Assembly (NCBI RefSeq): GCF_037042905.1
Contig: NC_087245.1
Span: 38,070,001 to 38,134,000, forward strand
Length of the DNA: 64,000 nt
Direction of reading: 5' to 3'
Source: Lytechinus pictus
Taxonomy: Eukaryota
The translations under genes and the position numbers were made by a program. This document shows, in pieces, positions 1-12,183 of the stretch. The number at the start of each line of letters is the position of its first letter. The first letter of the stretch is position 1. The notes beneath the pieces were generated by a model, which worked only from the letters and a program-made list of their open reading frames with translations, did no database searches and was not told where the DNA came from.

Positions 1-258
1 CATTGAAACCAACCCTCTTTGTTTTACATCTCCAAGTTTTAAAATAGTTCCTGTTGATATGATACTTAGAGCTGGTTGTTTTGCCCATTTCCAAGAACCG
101 AAATGAAAATCTTTAATATGAAAAACAAAGTGAAAAGATCACTTTGATTTAAGGTAGTCAGTATTGTAACAATAAACACCAACCACAACACCAGGCTATG
201 AAGAAAGAGATAATTGAAACACACCTTGTGCAGAGAAATGTCCTCCAGAACAGCTGTA

Positions 259-332
259 TCCTCAGTCGAGGTCCTCCTGCCAGCCATTTCGGCCCATTAT
301 CCTCGATATGGCTATGTGGCAGGAGGCGGGCC
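259..332 (-). ncRNA. Hammerhead-like structured RNA motif with rearranged (non-circularly permuted) strand order in the retrotransposon 3' UTR
   Basis: Minus strand: GGCCC-g-CCTCCTGCCA-cat-AGCCAT-A-TCGAGG-ataat-GGGCC-GAA-ATGGCT-GGCAGGAGG-a-CCTCGA-CTGAGGA; four complementary strand pairs plus CUGANGA, GAAA and UH core elements. Confidence 0.6.
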
Positions 333-395
333 AGCAGCATCAAGACAAGATGGCACCTCCAGCTGCTTGTTTGGTAAGTTGGCTTTACATCTATT

Positions 396-1058
396 CTAAA
401 TCCAAGCTGAGGACCTTGTAGCAATCTCCACTAAGTCTAAAGCCAGCTTCCTTCTGTTGGTTTTTCCCATCCTTGAGAGGAAGAAATGGAGAGACTTTGT
501 CGCATAACCTCTGCCGCCATTCTCCACTGGGTAGTAATCTACCTTCCATCCCCTCTCCTTACATTCTAAGATAAGTCCGGCATATTTTGATGTCTTGTAC
601 TCATGGGCTGTCTCAATGTTCTCCCATGGCACAGTCAGTTCATAGAGGATGACCGACTTGGACTGCTTCGACCAGACTACCATATCTGGTCGCATGTTGG
701 TAGTCGCAATCTCACTGGGGAAGGTCATCTGCTCATCCAAGTCTGAGATCAACTGCCAATCTCTTGCTACACAAAGGAGCCTACTTGTGTGTAGTCTAGA
801 TTTCCTGTTGGCTCCAGTACTTGTTCCAGCCTTCACAAATGAGATCATTGCTGGAGCATTTAGTGGTTTTGTCTGGTTTGCTTTCTTAATAGTGATCTTT
901 AGGGCTTTTCTCAGTTCTTTCAAGATCTCATTGTGCCTCCATGTATACAAGCCTTCTACCAGAGACACCTGACAATTTGATAGAATGTGCCTGAGTGAAC
1001 CCTTCTTTCCACATCTATGGCAATTCTCGTTCTCAGTCTTGGCCCACTTCTTCAGGTT
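396..1058 (-). pseudogene. CCHC zinc knuckle plus restriction-like endonuclease domain of the non-LTR retrotransposon ORF (fragment)
   Basis: Open frame NLKKWAKTENENCHRCGKKGSLRHILSNCQVSLVEGLYTWRHN...RPDMVVWSK..ILYELTVPWE..KTSKY; disconnected from upstream coding sequence by an inversion. Confidence 0.8.
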
Positions 1059-1104
1059 ATGAGGAGAAGGAAGAACGTCGTAGGTGTGCCTGTTTCCATT
1101 TTCC

Positions 1105-1396
1105 GAAGGGGAAGATGGTTTCTGACGAAATCCGTCACAAAGAGGAGGAACAACGAATAGCTAAAGCAGTTGGCCTCGTGCAGCAGGGAGCTTGGTGTCG
1201 ATGGGAGTGTGTAGAACCAAGGTCCCTATCCAGGAAAGACATATATGTCTTTCCTGGATAGGGACCTTGGTTCTACACACTTGGTTCTACACACTCCCAT
1301 CGACACCAAGCTCCCTGCTGCACGAGGCCAACTGCTTTAGCTATACGTTGTTCCTCCTCTTTGTGACGGATTTCGTCAGAAACCATCTTCCCCTTC
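1105..1396. repeat. Near-perfect spacerless palindrome with 139-bp arms
   Basis: 1105-1243 is the reverse complement of 1244-1396, centred on GACATA|TATGTC; one mismatch and a 14-bp tandem duplication (TTGGTTCTACACAC) in the right arm. Confidence 0.95.
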
Positions 1397-1836
1397 ATTT
1401 TCATGCTTGCCTTAAAGAAGTACTGGGTTGGATTTATGCCTAGCCCTGCTCTACTGGATTGTGTAGGCCCAACCATATCCTTGTGCCTCAGCCGAGATTC
1501 CATTTCCTCAACTTCTTGCTGGGCATTCCATTTGCGTCCTGTGCAAATGTCTAGCACAGTCCTGTTAACAAACTGGTCGTTGGAGTCTAAGGGTCCCTAA
1601 GCCTTTTTCACCTTAAACTCCTCTGTAAGTGCACTCAGGGGTAGCTTCAGCTTTGCACAAGGTGTGTTTTGATTATCTCTTGCTTCATAGCCTGGTTAGT
1701 TAGTGTTTGGATTAACGTCACCTGACATCTAACTATCAATAACCTTATTTAAGTGATTCAGAGCTCAGAAACTTAGAACCCTGATGAACACATCTCTGCA
1801 CTTCAGCAAATCAGCAAAGGCCTGCTTTGACTTTAC

Positions 1837-2142
1837 GGTCCGTATTCTGAAGTCGGATTTTATTAAACTCAGGTTTAAAGTTGTGGTTTAAGTATGGATA
1901 GCCAATTGTTACATAAATCACTAACAGTAGAGGTATCATATTTCAACTCATTTGGCTCTCAAATCATTCATAATTGTCTAGGAAGTATAAATGATTGTCT
2001 TCACCATCGATGAATCAGGAAAGAGCACAGTAAACATAAGAAACATAAAACTTAATAAAAATTTTGACACTTTTGGCTTCCCATAATTTTAGCACAGAGT
2101 TAGACCATGTCCTAAGTTAAACCTGGCTTCAGGATACGGGCC
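1837..2142. mobile_element. MITE, PIF/Harbinger-like termini
   Basis: Imperfect TIRs GGTCCGTATTCTGAAGTC / GGCTTCAGGATACGGGCC. Confidence 0.6.
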
Positions 2143-2188
2143 TATTACTTCCAGAATTGCCCTTTGACCTTCTCATATTAACACACAG

Positions 2189-2521
2189 ATCCCGGATTGT
2201 GCTTTCCATGCGATACACCAGCTAACCGACCCAGCCCGCATCCACAACAGCATGTACATGGCTGCCACGGAAATGGAAGAAATTCTAGACGCCGACTACT
2301 CGACCATCCGAGAACACCTCGACAAGTTTATTATGTACTACGGATCAAAGGACAATTGGGCTCCGAGAAGCCACTATGAGAACATGCGAAGGCGCTTCCC
2401 AGAGGGCGATGTTCGGTTATGTCGGCGTGGCCTGCAGCATGCCTTCTGCTTGGAGTCAAGTGAGCTTATGGCCGACATGGTCTGGAATTGGACAAGTCCA
2501 TCCATTCAGGAAATTCAATGA
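2189..2521 (+). CDS. LDAH: Lipid droplet-associated hydrolase-like, last coding exon
   Basis: Acceptor ACACACAG then IPDCAF...MYMAATEMEEILDADYSTIREHLDKFIMYYGSKDNWAPRSHYENMRRRFPEGDVRLCRRGLQHAFCLESSELMADMV*; resembles the LDAH C-terminus as I recall it (YYGxxDxW, FPEGDxRLC, HAF); upstream exons lie outside the window. Confidence 0.85.
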   Translation: MPDCAFHAIHQLTDPARIHNSMYMAATEMEEILDADYSTIREHLDKFIMYYGSKDNWAPRSHYENMRRRFPEGDVRLCRRGLQHAFCLESSELMADMVWNWTSPSIQEIQ

Positions 2522-2890
2522 TGTAAATCTTTTAGAATAGTAATTATCTTTAAAAATTTTTACCATAAGTTAATGGGGGGGGGGGGGTCAAATTGGGCCC
2601 CCTCTATGAATTTTGTAACAACACCGCCGTATGAAATTTTTTGACTGCGCCACTCGCTGACCTAACTTTCAAGTCTTCCGTATCTTTGAAGATCAAATTT
2701 GTGACACCCGGGTATGTGGTTCCGGACCTCCCCCTTGAATAACTGTATAAATCACATATTTTTTGTTCGCACTAAATAGAAGAGATAAAATTTGTGACAA
2801 TTTTTATGACATCCACCAGAATACAGATTCCGTCATATCTCTGAGAAAAGATGAAATGTCAAGAAAAGACAATATGAAAGATACCACGCT

Positions 2891-3047
2891 AGGGCCCGTT
2901 TCAGAAAGATTTGCAACTGTTGTAACTTTGCCATTATGGCAACTACCATGGTAACCTTGATTTTGATTGGCTGCTGAGCCATGTTGCCATGGTAGTTGTC
3001 ATAATGGCAAAGTTACCACAGTTGTAACTCTTTATGAAATGGGCCCC
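2891..3047. mobile_element. Palindromic MITE (GGGCCC ends); related copy at about 10185-10336
   Basis: Whole element is an imperfect hairpin, GGGCCCGTTTCAGAAAG...CTTTATGAAATGGGCCC. Confidence 0.7.
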
Positions 3048-3319
3048 TGGTCTGAAATAGCCCAGTATCTCATGTTCTCATCTTTCTTCATGATCATGAA
3101 TCCAAAGTTTTAAATCCAGTTTTGTCATTGTGAACAGGGATGGATGGATTAACCTCACACTTGTAGCAATCACCCCTACCCCTTCCCTTCATGGGCCTGA
3201 TTCAGCGCATCCTTCATCCTCTACCCAACCCTCCGACTCTCCTCCTCCACTTGCCCCTTCCATACTTCTTTGACCGTCCCCTCCTCCTCCTCAAACCACT
3301 CACCTCGAACTTAAACTCA

Positions 3320-3450
3320 TCAAAACCCAAGTCGTCAGCGTACAACATCTCTCCCATCAAACCTTCTCTTACACTCTCCAAAACCACATCAATCACAGTT
3401 GCAAAGATCACCGGTAATAACGCAAAACCTTGAAGCGCATCCACCTTGAT
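3320..3450 (-). pseudogene. RTE-like reverse transcriptase relic
   Basis: LQGFALLPVIFATVIDVVLESVREGLMGEMLYADDL: degenerate QG..SP region and YADD motif. Confidence 0.7.
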
Positions 3451-3514
3451 TTACTAAAGACTGGAACGAGTTAAACATGGACACAACTTTGATAAACTCA
3501 TTGGACTCTTTTAA

Positions 3515-4450
3515 GGACGTTCCACAGTTATGTTTGTGCGCATTATGATCTGCGCATAGTTCACACTCTGCGCGCTGACGTCACAATGGATGAATAGGTG
3601 ATTAATTAGCTGCGGGTATGAGCTGATTTTTCTCATCTTCTGCACTTTAACTGCAGATCCGATGTGTTATTTCATGAAGCTATAAAGTGGAATTATTCCA
3701 TGGACCATTCAAAAAAACATTCTCTACAATTTCAAAATACTTTACTCTGCAGTGCTGCCAAGAATCACGAATATTACCCCGAGTTTGAATAAATGGTAGA
3801 GTGGTTTTGATTTTTTCTGCACATAGATACAAAGCATTCGGCGCATTTTTTGTGTTTTAAAAAGCACATTTGCTCTAATAAAAATGCTGATAGTTTAAAA
3901 ACAAGCACATGAACCCCTATTTTTTAATGTTTGTACCGCTTAGGTATACCTTCTTCTACAACTCTGCAAATTTTGGTGAAAATGACATGGATTTTGAATA
4001 AAGTGCAGCATTTATTGTACGTTTGTAGTTTGTAACTGAAATTTCACATTTTTTAGATTGGGATTTTGTTATCTTTTAAGCAATTTTTAAGAAATGGCAG
4101 TGCTGTTAAACTTAAAATTGCAAACAAATAGCACTATAAATAGAGTCTCCATTCTAACGATACAATTATTAACTCTCTTGCGAAATTTGATGACTTTTTC
4201 ATGTATTTTGACTGAGTAATAGAGGTTTAAACTCATTGTTGTAATCTTGGGTGGTCTAAAAATGCCAAATTCTTTTGAATGCGCAATTTTTAAGAACATC
4301 AATTTGGGTGAACTTTGAAGCTCTATAGCAAAAAATCAAGCACATGGACCTATGTTAATTTTTGCATATTTCGAATATTAAGGTTCTAAAGTATCTATGT
4401 GCAAAGTTTGGTGAAAATGACATGGATTTCACTTTAACTGTGGAACGTCC
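3515..4450. mobile_element. Non-autonomous DNA transposon, TTAA TSD, Kolobok-like
   Basis: Perfect 16-bp TIR GGACGTTCCACAGTTA; TTAA at 3511-3514 and 4451-4454. Confidence 0.75.
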
Positions 4451-4454
4451 TTAA

Positions 4455-5218
4455 CCCTAAAATGGCCGGGGGGGTTGAATCAACCCCCCCTCAACATTTT
4501 CTGTGATCATTCCGCCGCGCGAAATTTTTTGACCGCGCCACTCGCAGAATTTATACTTTTAAGTCTCGCGCATCTTTTGAGACCAAATTTACGACGCCTG
4601 GGTACGCGGTTCCGAAATTACGCAACATTTTGTAAGTGCATGTCAGACCAAAAATTGTTCCAAAACGTGATTTTGTGTACAAAGTCAATGCAAATTGAGT
4701 TTTCTCGTCTTATTCATAAAGATATGATTATTTTTACTTTAAACAGCCGAAAGCAATTGATTTTAGCATAATTATGCTTCAAAAAGGTTGTGCAATAAAT
4801 CTGGTGAAAAAAACAAAGAAAAACAAAAGGTTGAAAAACAAAGAAATACATAAGAAATTCATAAAACAATAAATACATAAGAAATTGATTTCCAAACCAA
4901 AGTTTTTTCAGTTGCCATTATTAAAAATGCTACAAAGAATATTTTTACCAAAAATTAGCATTCTAGGAGCTTTATTTAGTGAATTAGAGCAAAAAGTATG
5001 ATTTATGCATAAATTAGCATAATTAATTTATATAAAATAAAATCTCATTACTTTAGAAAATTTTACCATACAACCTTGTAGATTCCACCGCACACTACCA
5101 GCGTGCAAATTTTTGCGGCGCTCACGCGATCGGCGGCCGAGATCTTAGGGGGGGGGGGTTGAATCAACCCCCCCCCCCCCGGCCACAGAACAGCCAAAAA
5201 AGCCCGGCCTAGTTAGGG
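4455..5218. mobile_element. Non-autonomous piggyBac-like element
   Basis: CCCTAA...TTAGGG ends (TIR 13/16), TTAA at 4451-4454 and 5219-5222; a degenerate related fragment at about 2570-2725. Confidence 0.75.
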
Positions 5219-5568
5219 TTAAATCTAAAATCACTCAAAAACCTAGTAAGTAAGTGACCTGCTTACTCGGTGATCTCACACTCGTCAATAAAGTTGGCGG
5301 AGTACAGCAAGTCTGCATATGCCGACTTAACCCAAGACAAGAACTCTACCCTCGCCCCAAACTGCTCACTGGGCTTCACACACCGTCATAAAGCAAGCAA
5401 CGCTTGCACGGTCCAGGGTGATTGTAGGGAGATCATTTATTTTTTTTGAAAAGTGAGCATGTACATTGATGTGATAATATGAAGCATCTGCTACTACCTC
5501 GATGCCAATGAATTTCCATGATGACTAACCTCATGAATGTGAATACTTTGCTAATATATGTAGACATG

Positions 5569-5915
5569 TTTTTATACGCCCGTCCTAGATGGGACGTATT
5601 ATGGTATCACGCTCGGTGGCGGTCCGTCCGTCTGTCCTTCCGTTAACACGATATGGTCAAAGGTCAAGATCACAGTGACATGTTTTCATCTTACCCTTTT
5701 GAAGTCCTTGTTAACGCTGTAACTTTAGTTGAACTTAACCTAGGCTCATATAATTTGGTGTGTATGATACTAGCATAGATCCCAGCAATAGATTTTGAGG
5801 TCAGAAGGTCATTGGGGAAGTCACCACCTTCTACTTTTCTTGCTTGACTAAGAACTCCATTTTCCGCATTACAGGCGGGCGTATTATGTGCTCGCCTTAG
5901 AGACACTCTTGTTTT
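5569..5915 (+). mobile_element. Helentron-associated non-autonomous element (DINE-1/HINE-like)
   Basis: T-run start, subterminal inverted repeat ATACGCCCG / CGGGCGTAT, (GTCC)n microsatellite, 3' small hairpin followed by T-run. Confidence 0.6.
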
Positions 5916-8185
5916 TTTGTATAATGATCTAAGTATGATGTTGCTGTATTTGCCATAATGCCAGGGTTGTTATTAGCTGTGTTGAATTATCGAATGCTGT
6001 ACTTGCCAAACTGTGAAAGAAGATTCTAGCTTTCATGTAACCAGTATGGGAGAACAGAAAAAAATATTGTGTTCATTATTTAGTTATGGTAGTATGTTGT
6101 TGAGTCATGTAACATATACCGGTAGTACCTTACATTGTGATTAATTGTAAGAAAAAATGACCCTACCAGATATGGTTATGAATAGTTACATTTTGCATCA
6201 TGCTAAAATGGAACTTGGGAGTGTTTCCATTGCCCCTTATCAACCCAGCAAGCAGAGTTTTGATTGTATTGGGTTTAAATTCTGTTTTATACATTATATT
6301 TTGAATAATATTCCCAGCAAAGATAAACCAATGTGCCTTAGGATATGTGTTTAAACGAAGTTGCCTAGAAAGGCAAGTAAGTGAAAACCTGCTTACATGT
6401 TGACTCTTTTGTCAAAAGGGGAAGTTCACCCTGACAAAAAAGTTTGTTGTAAAAATACCAGAAAAAATAATAAAATATATTGGTGAAGATTTGAGGAATG
6501 GGAAAGTTTTTAAAATTTTAAGTTTTTGATTTGCGATATCGTAGCTGCCCCATATGTTATGTAATTAAAAATGCATATGAGGCTTCATGATGACTAACAA
6601 TTGTTTTTTTTTCAGGAAAATGAAATGTCTTTGATATTCTGAAGGCATGATAAAATAACATTTTCAATTCTTATAGATAAGGACATTATTTTTACTACAC
6701 AATATATTGGGAAACTGCTTGCATATGACTAAACAAAAAAAGAAATTCTTCCCCCTTAATAACCAAGCCGTATTTCATTTTTTGTAATTTCTGCATGTGT
6801 GTTTCTGATTCTTCAGGGAAACTGGTGTATATGTTGGGGTGCCATGGGGGGATCCAGAAAAGTCAGTGAAATAGGCAAGGGGGCCTTTAAGCATTTTGCT
6901 AGAAATATTTCTTATTAGGGGTAGAAATCTCAAACCATTTTATCTGATGCAGAGATGTTAACCACTAGCAAGGATTTGAACAGGTGATTTTGAAATGGAC
7001 GTCAGTATAGCCAATCCAAAATACATAGGATCATGTTTTTGGTGGGGTATAATTCAAACAAGAGAAAGTTCACACCTACCAACCTGGCATTGAGTTTCCC
7101 AACGACAAAGAAAGTTACATGAAAATCTTTTTTTTTTTTCAATGTTAAAGGCCAGAAAACCAACTCAATTTTTGTCTCCCTGAAGCCCCCCCCCCCCCCC
7201 CCCCCATAGCAATATGTTGGGCATAGAAATTTGAATTTCCATCACCAAAAATTTCCTATTAACCATTTTGATGGGACAAAGAGTAAGCAGCTGAAGAATG
7301 AAATATAAATGATTCAATTTGCTGATTGCATAGCTGTAGTAAATATGAGATTTGTGTACATGTATTTTATGTGTAATACCACTATTACACATTGAATTTG
7401 CATATTTATAATGCAAGTGAATTTATATATTTATCACAATATTTTATATTGATGTGAAATGCATTTGTATTCTTTATGTCAAAATCATGAAATACAAATT
7501 CTATTTTAAATTTAGATTGATATGATAGACTTTAAGTGAAATACTATTGTTGACATTGATTTTAGAGATGACACTCATGGCATTTTATTTGAATTGTACA
7601 AATCTTTTATGGATGAAAATGTTAGTGTAAAACAATAACACCTAATGTAAAGAATCTTTTTTAATGGTATAGTTTTACTTGAATGAGAGCTAACCTTCAG
7701 TTTTAGTAGTAAAATTACTATTTTCAATTGATTTTAACAATAAAAGCCAGACGATTCTAATAGGATACAGAGTATAAATAACAAATATACTATATGGTGA
7801 CACCCTTTAAGTCAAGGCATGTGTTAAATGCCAGCATATTGGTCTAGAAATAATTGAATATGATTTTGAATTGTATGCCTATAAAGCTATGTGTGAGACT
7901 GTGAGCAGTCACATTATTTAGTTTGCTCCAAAAAAACTGGATACGAATTGTAATCTATCCTTTCTTTAATGTGCTACAAATGCACACTGACTCAACATTT
8001 ATGCAGGAATCGCACTGTCTGCCGAGATCTGTTATACATGTACATTCATAATTTATATTTTCGAATGAACATTGCATGTATTCTGATATATCATCAGATA
8101 ATCAAATCACATTGTCAAAATAGAGTTTTATGAAATATATATATTTTTATCCATGTGAGTGTAAGAGGGGAGTGATTTTAACATT

Positions 8186-8472
8186 GGAGCGTCGTGGCCC
8201 AGTGGATTAGTCTCCGGACTTTGAAACAGAGGGTCGTGGGTTCAAATCCCAGCCATGGCGTAATTTCCTTCAGCAAGGAATTTGTCCAGTGTGCTGCACT
8301 CAACCCAGGTGAGGTAAATGGGTACTGGCAGGAATTAATTCCTCAAAAGGCTGTGTGCACCTGAATAGGTAGCCTAGCTTAGCCGGATAATAATAATAGC
8401 AGGGCCCGCTGGGAGAACAGTTTTCGGAACTGAAGTGGCTACCCTGGTTAAATATACTATTATCATCATCAT
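8186..8472 (+). mobile_element. tRNA-derived SINE
   Basis: A box TGGCCCAGTGG, B box GGTTCAAATCC, shared central CACTCAACCCAGGTGAGGTAAATGGGTAC, (TAT/CAT)n tail; sibling copies at 18788-19070 and 58959-59253. Confidence 0.85.
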
Positions 8473-9011
8473 ATGAAACATCACACCATATATTAACAAG
8501 AAAACAAATATCAATTTGCTGCAAGTTTTATTCCATAAATCAAGACATTCAATCATTTACACCAATGAATAAATAATTATTATGATGAAAAAAAAATCCA
8601 CACACTTCAATTTGAATGTGCAATAGATTTCTAGTATATTCGTAACTGGCCAATATTCTGTTGTCTTGTATACATAGTAATAGCATGCACTTCTTTATTT
8701 CCATATAATATGAATAAATGAAAAGAAATCCGAGCATATCTCTTCTCTGGCATATATGCACATACACTGTAGGCGAGTACTTAATGTACGTCACAAACAG
8801 AAATTTATTTCATTTGGATATAATTGACAAGTGCATGAAGCAAAAAATTCCTGTACTGTTAGACCAATTAAAAATAAATGCTCTATACACTCTACATACA
8901 GATGCCTATCATCAAAAGATAACAAAGAGAAATAATACGTATTTCCAGTGGCGGGGAGTGGATGGTAGCAGAATTTGCTTTGCGTTTCATGTGAGGGTGA
9001 TTTCCCCTTGA

Positions 9012-9574
9012 AGGGATACTCCAGACTGAAAATAATTGGTTTGAACAGATGAAATCAAACAAAACACTGAAAAATTGATGAAAATCAGACAGTAACAAAG
9101 TAATGATATTGAAACATTTCTATGATTTCAGTGAAACAATTCAATGTTTGTCTTCATGAATGTTCAATGAGCAAATTGATGTCATGTCTTCAATTGTTAT
9201 TTTGTATTTTATTATATGAAATTTCATTTATTCTTATGTTGTCCTCTAAAAATTATAAATATTGGATTGACAACTGATTTAATGCATTATATACTCCATG
9301 CTGCAACTTATTTCATTATAAGGGAAACATATACACACATGCATGAAAATATGAAATAATTATGGTTTCATGTACATAAGAAAAAGGAAAGTGGGGACAT
9401 GACATCATCAGCATATTTGATGAATATTCATGCCAACATGCATATATTTAACTGTTTTCACAAAATTCAATAACTTTGTTATAATAAGATTTGATGAAAT
9501 TGCCAGCATTTTGCTCATTGAATTTTACTCTATTTTATATTTAAATATACTTATTTTTAGCTTAGAGTACCCCT
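9012..9574. mobile_element. Kolobok-like MITE
   Basis: AGGGATACTCCAG / TAGAGTACCCCT ends, TTGA/TTAA flanks. Confidence 0.6.
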
Positions 9575-12012
9575 TTAATAGTAGTGGCGGAAACAAAGGG
9601 TCCCATCACCATCAACTTGTTATAACCAAAACAGCAATGGCTGCCCAAAGCTAGTGAGATATGGCATTTGATTGGCAGATATCAAATTTGTTGATACTGA
9701 TAACAAGTTTATACAACAGTACCACAATCAACCAAGAGAGGTACATATCTAATGTCTACAGTAATCAGTTTACACACATCAAAATGGCACCAATATTAGA
9801 ATATGATTCAAAATTATATTTCAAAATTCAGTGAAATTTTTAGAATTAGCATTTTCAAATAGAGAAATCATTTCATTACATTGCCAATTAGTGATTATTA
9901 ATAAGCTTGTATTCCAGAACACAACACACCGCATTGAAAATTGAATCGTTTTTCGGTGCATTTTTTCTTTTTCTAGTCATATGTCCTACTGTGTAATTGC
10001 CATTATATCCAGGATCAAAAGATACTGCAAATAATATCCGTCATAATGATAATCTGATCAGGTGATTGGTCTAACCCTGTCATGTGACCAAAGAAAGTTA
10101 CAACCAATGGCTCACTATACAGGCAACTCTGCCAAAACCGAACTTCGATGAGCCGAATAATCAACAAAGTTGAAGCAATTTTTTAGTTTCATAAAGGACT
10201 TACAACTGTTGCATCTTTGCCATTATGGCAACTACCATGGTAACAGGGCTCAGCAGCCAATCAATATCAAGGCTACCATGGTAGTTGCTATAATGGCAAA
10301 GTTACAACAGTTGCAACTCTTTATGAAACGGGCCCCAGATTATTCAAAACATGTGTTACGTGTATATACCTCTTCTGAGTCAAATTTCTACTAAGTCAGA
10401 CAGGTTGCTGTGGACCTAAAAGATTCGACTCAGGCAGAGTTACCTGTATTTCACTTTTTTGAAGTAATAAATAATGACTTTTGGGCACAATATTTTCTGG
10501 GCTTCATTTAAACATAACACAGACACAGGCAACAAGTGAAACCTTGCAGCTCAGATATTTTTTTTAGAGTCAAATCAATGTAAACCTTTGCATTTAAATG
10601 ATAATTTCAACCACTAACCTTCAAATTCATATTCAAACGCAAATGTAAGTACATTACTTCAGCACGTTTACACCTGATTATTACCCTTACTATTACTTAA
10701 TACGAACAACTTGAATAAATAGAGAAATATTTTGCTGTCGCATTGTTTCTTCTGATACTTAATGATACAATGATAAAGGCTTTTCTAGAATTTCACACAT
10801 TTTCTCATTTACATGAATTTTAATACATATATAAACCATTAAGATGAAGAAAAAAAAGAGGAAAATATAATAAACATTTTCTGAATGCACATCCCCATTT
10901 TCATGAATCAAATTTCTTATGATGCATTTCAGCTTTTCAAGCACATTTTAAATACATTTGATGCGGGTAAAGTAAATATTACTTTTTATCACGATAATAA
11001 TATTGACATATTTTTTCAAATTCCAACAAAATGAAAACAGCACATGAAAAAGAAACTATATGTCCACTATGCTGATATTCGAATGCAAACAAAAACACGA
11101 GGAAAGAAAAGGATAACTCAAGCATTGTGAGGACAGAAAATTGAAGTTAAAACACAGTACACTTTAGATCTCTGTGAAGATGGAAAAGAAAAGCTACAAA
11201 TATTTGAACAAACAAGCAAGGCAAGCATTTTTTTTAAGCGCGTACAAAATATTATAATTTACAGCAATGATATTGAGTCACACCAAGTAATGTTGCGTGT
11301 AATATTAAAATTGTAAAATGCTTGAATATTCCACAACTTAATCATTATTTAGATATTCTGTTTCATCAATATTCTTTTGGGGGTGCAGTATTCATTCATC
11401 TGTACCTCATCTCAGGTGCCCATATTAACATAAAACTTAGCAATCATCATAGAATATTTCTTTACGATTGACTGCATCAACTACAATATATAATTAACCA
11501 AGCGTACAAGTAATTGCTAACTTTTGTATTACGGGACCCTGATCGCATTTCATAAACCAAATCGTTAGAAAACACACTGAACTTCATTTGAAGAACAAAA
11601 GAAACCAATTTGGGAAGACATTTCTTTCATAGGCACTCTAAAATAACACTTCATCATTTTGAATTTTAAGAAATCCTAGACATCGTAATCCAATCAATAT
11701 AGTGTCTGCACTACTCTGAATTCATCTTATCATATTAATTGGTTATTTACTACTTAGCAGCTAAACATATAATGGAGAAATTTTTTTCAAGTCCATAAAA
11801 AATTTTAAGGCTAAAAATGAAGATCGAGTAAACTCTTAAGATCATGATATTCATCTCATTATCAATGTCATAATAAAAATTGTTGCTCACTACCGGCACT
11901 TATATTGATCATTTAGCTGTCATACATATCATGCAGACATTTTTATACATTCAGTCCATCAAAATGAAAGGTTTGAGATTTTTAAAAAATTATAGTAAGT
12001 ACAAGAAGTCCT

Positions 12013-12183
12013 GGAGGGTGTTTCATAAAGCTGTTTGTAAAGATACGAACGACTTCACGCACGACTGGAATATGTTCTTAGGTCATAACTCAATTATATA
12101 GGGATATCACGTAGCACAAGAAAGGATCACCAGTCATGCGTAAAGTCATTCGTATCTTACGAACAGCTTTATGCAACACCTGC
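12013..12183. mobile_element. Palindromic MITE; same family at 51358-51530 and 61096-61266
   Basis: GTTTCATAAAGCTGTT...AACAGCTTTATG hairpin arms shared by three copies. Confidence 0.7.

Larger units (their letters stand above)
170..1655 (-). mobile_element. 5'-truncated, rearranged RLE-type non-LTR retrotransposon (Hero/NeSL-like)
   Basis: Minus-strand coding remnants: KLPLSALTEEFKV (about 1600-1650), TGRKWNAQQEV..QQGAWCRWE (1273-1557), CCHC knuckle CHRCGKKGSLRHILSNC (about 970-1025), RHN, RPDMVVW, ELTVPWE, K..KY endonuclease motifs (396-968), then a 3' UTR. Confidence 0.85.

Noticed and set aside
995..1261. Plus-strand ORF repeating KGKMVSDEIRH...
   Set aside because: By-product of the palindromic inversion of retrotransposon coding sequence
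5270..5435. GC-richer segment bounded by GATCTC/GAGATC as a structured RNA or LTR
   Set aside because: No second copy, no recognisable motif or convincing fold; cannot support a call
8186..8260. tRNA gene (also 18995-19070, 58959-59030)
   Set aside because: A/B boxes run into a shared SINE body and simple-repeat tail; no convincing acceptor stem
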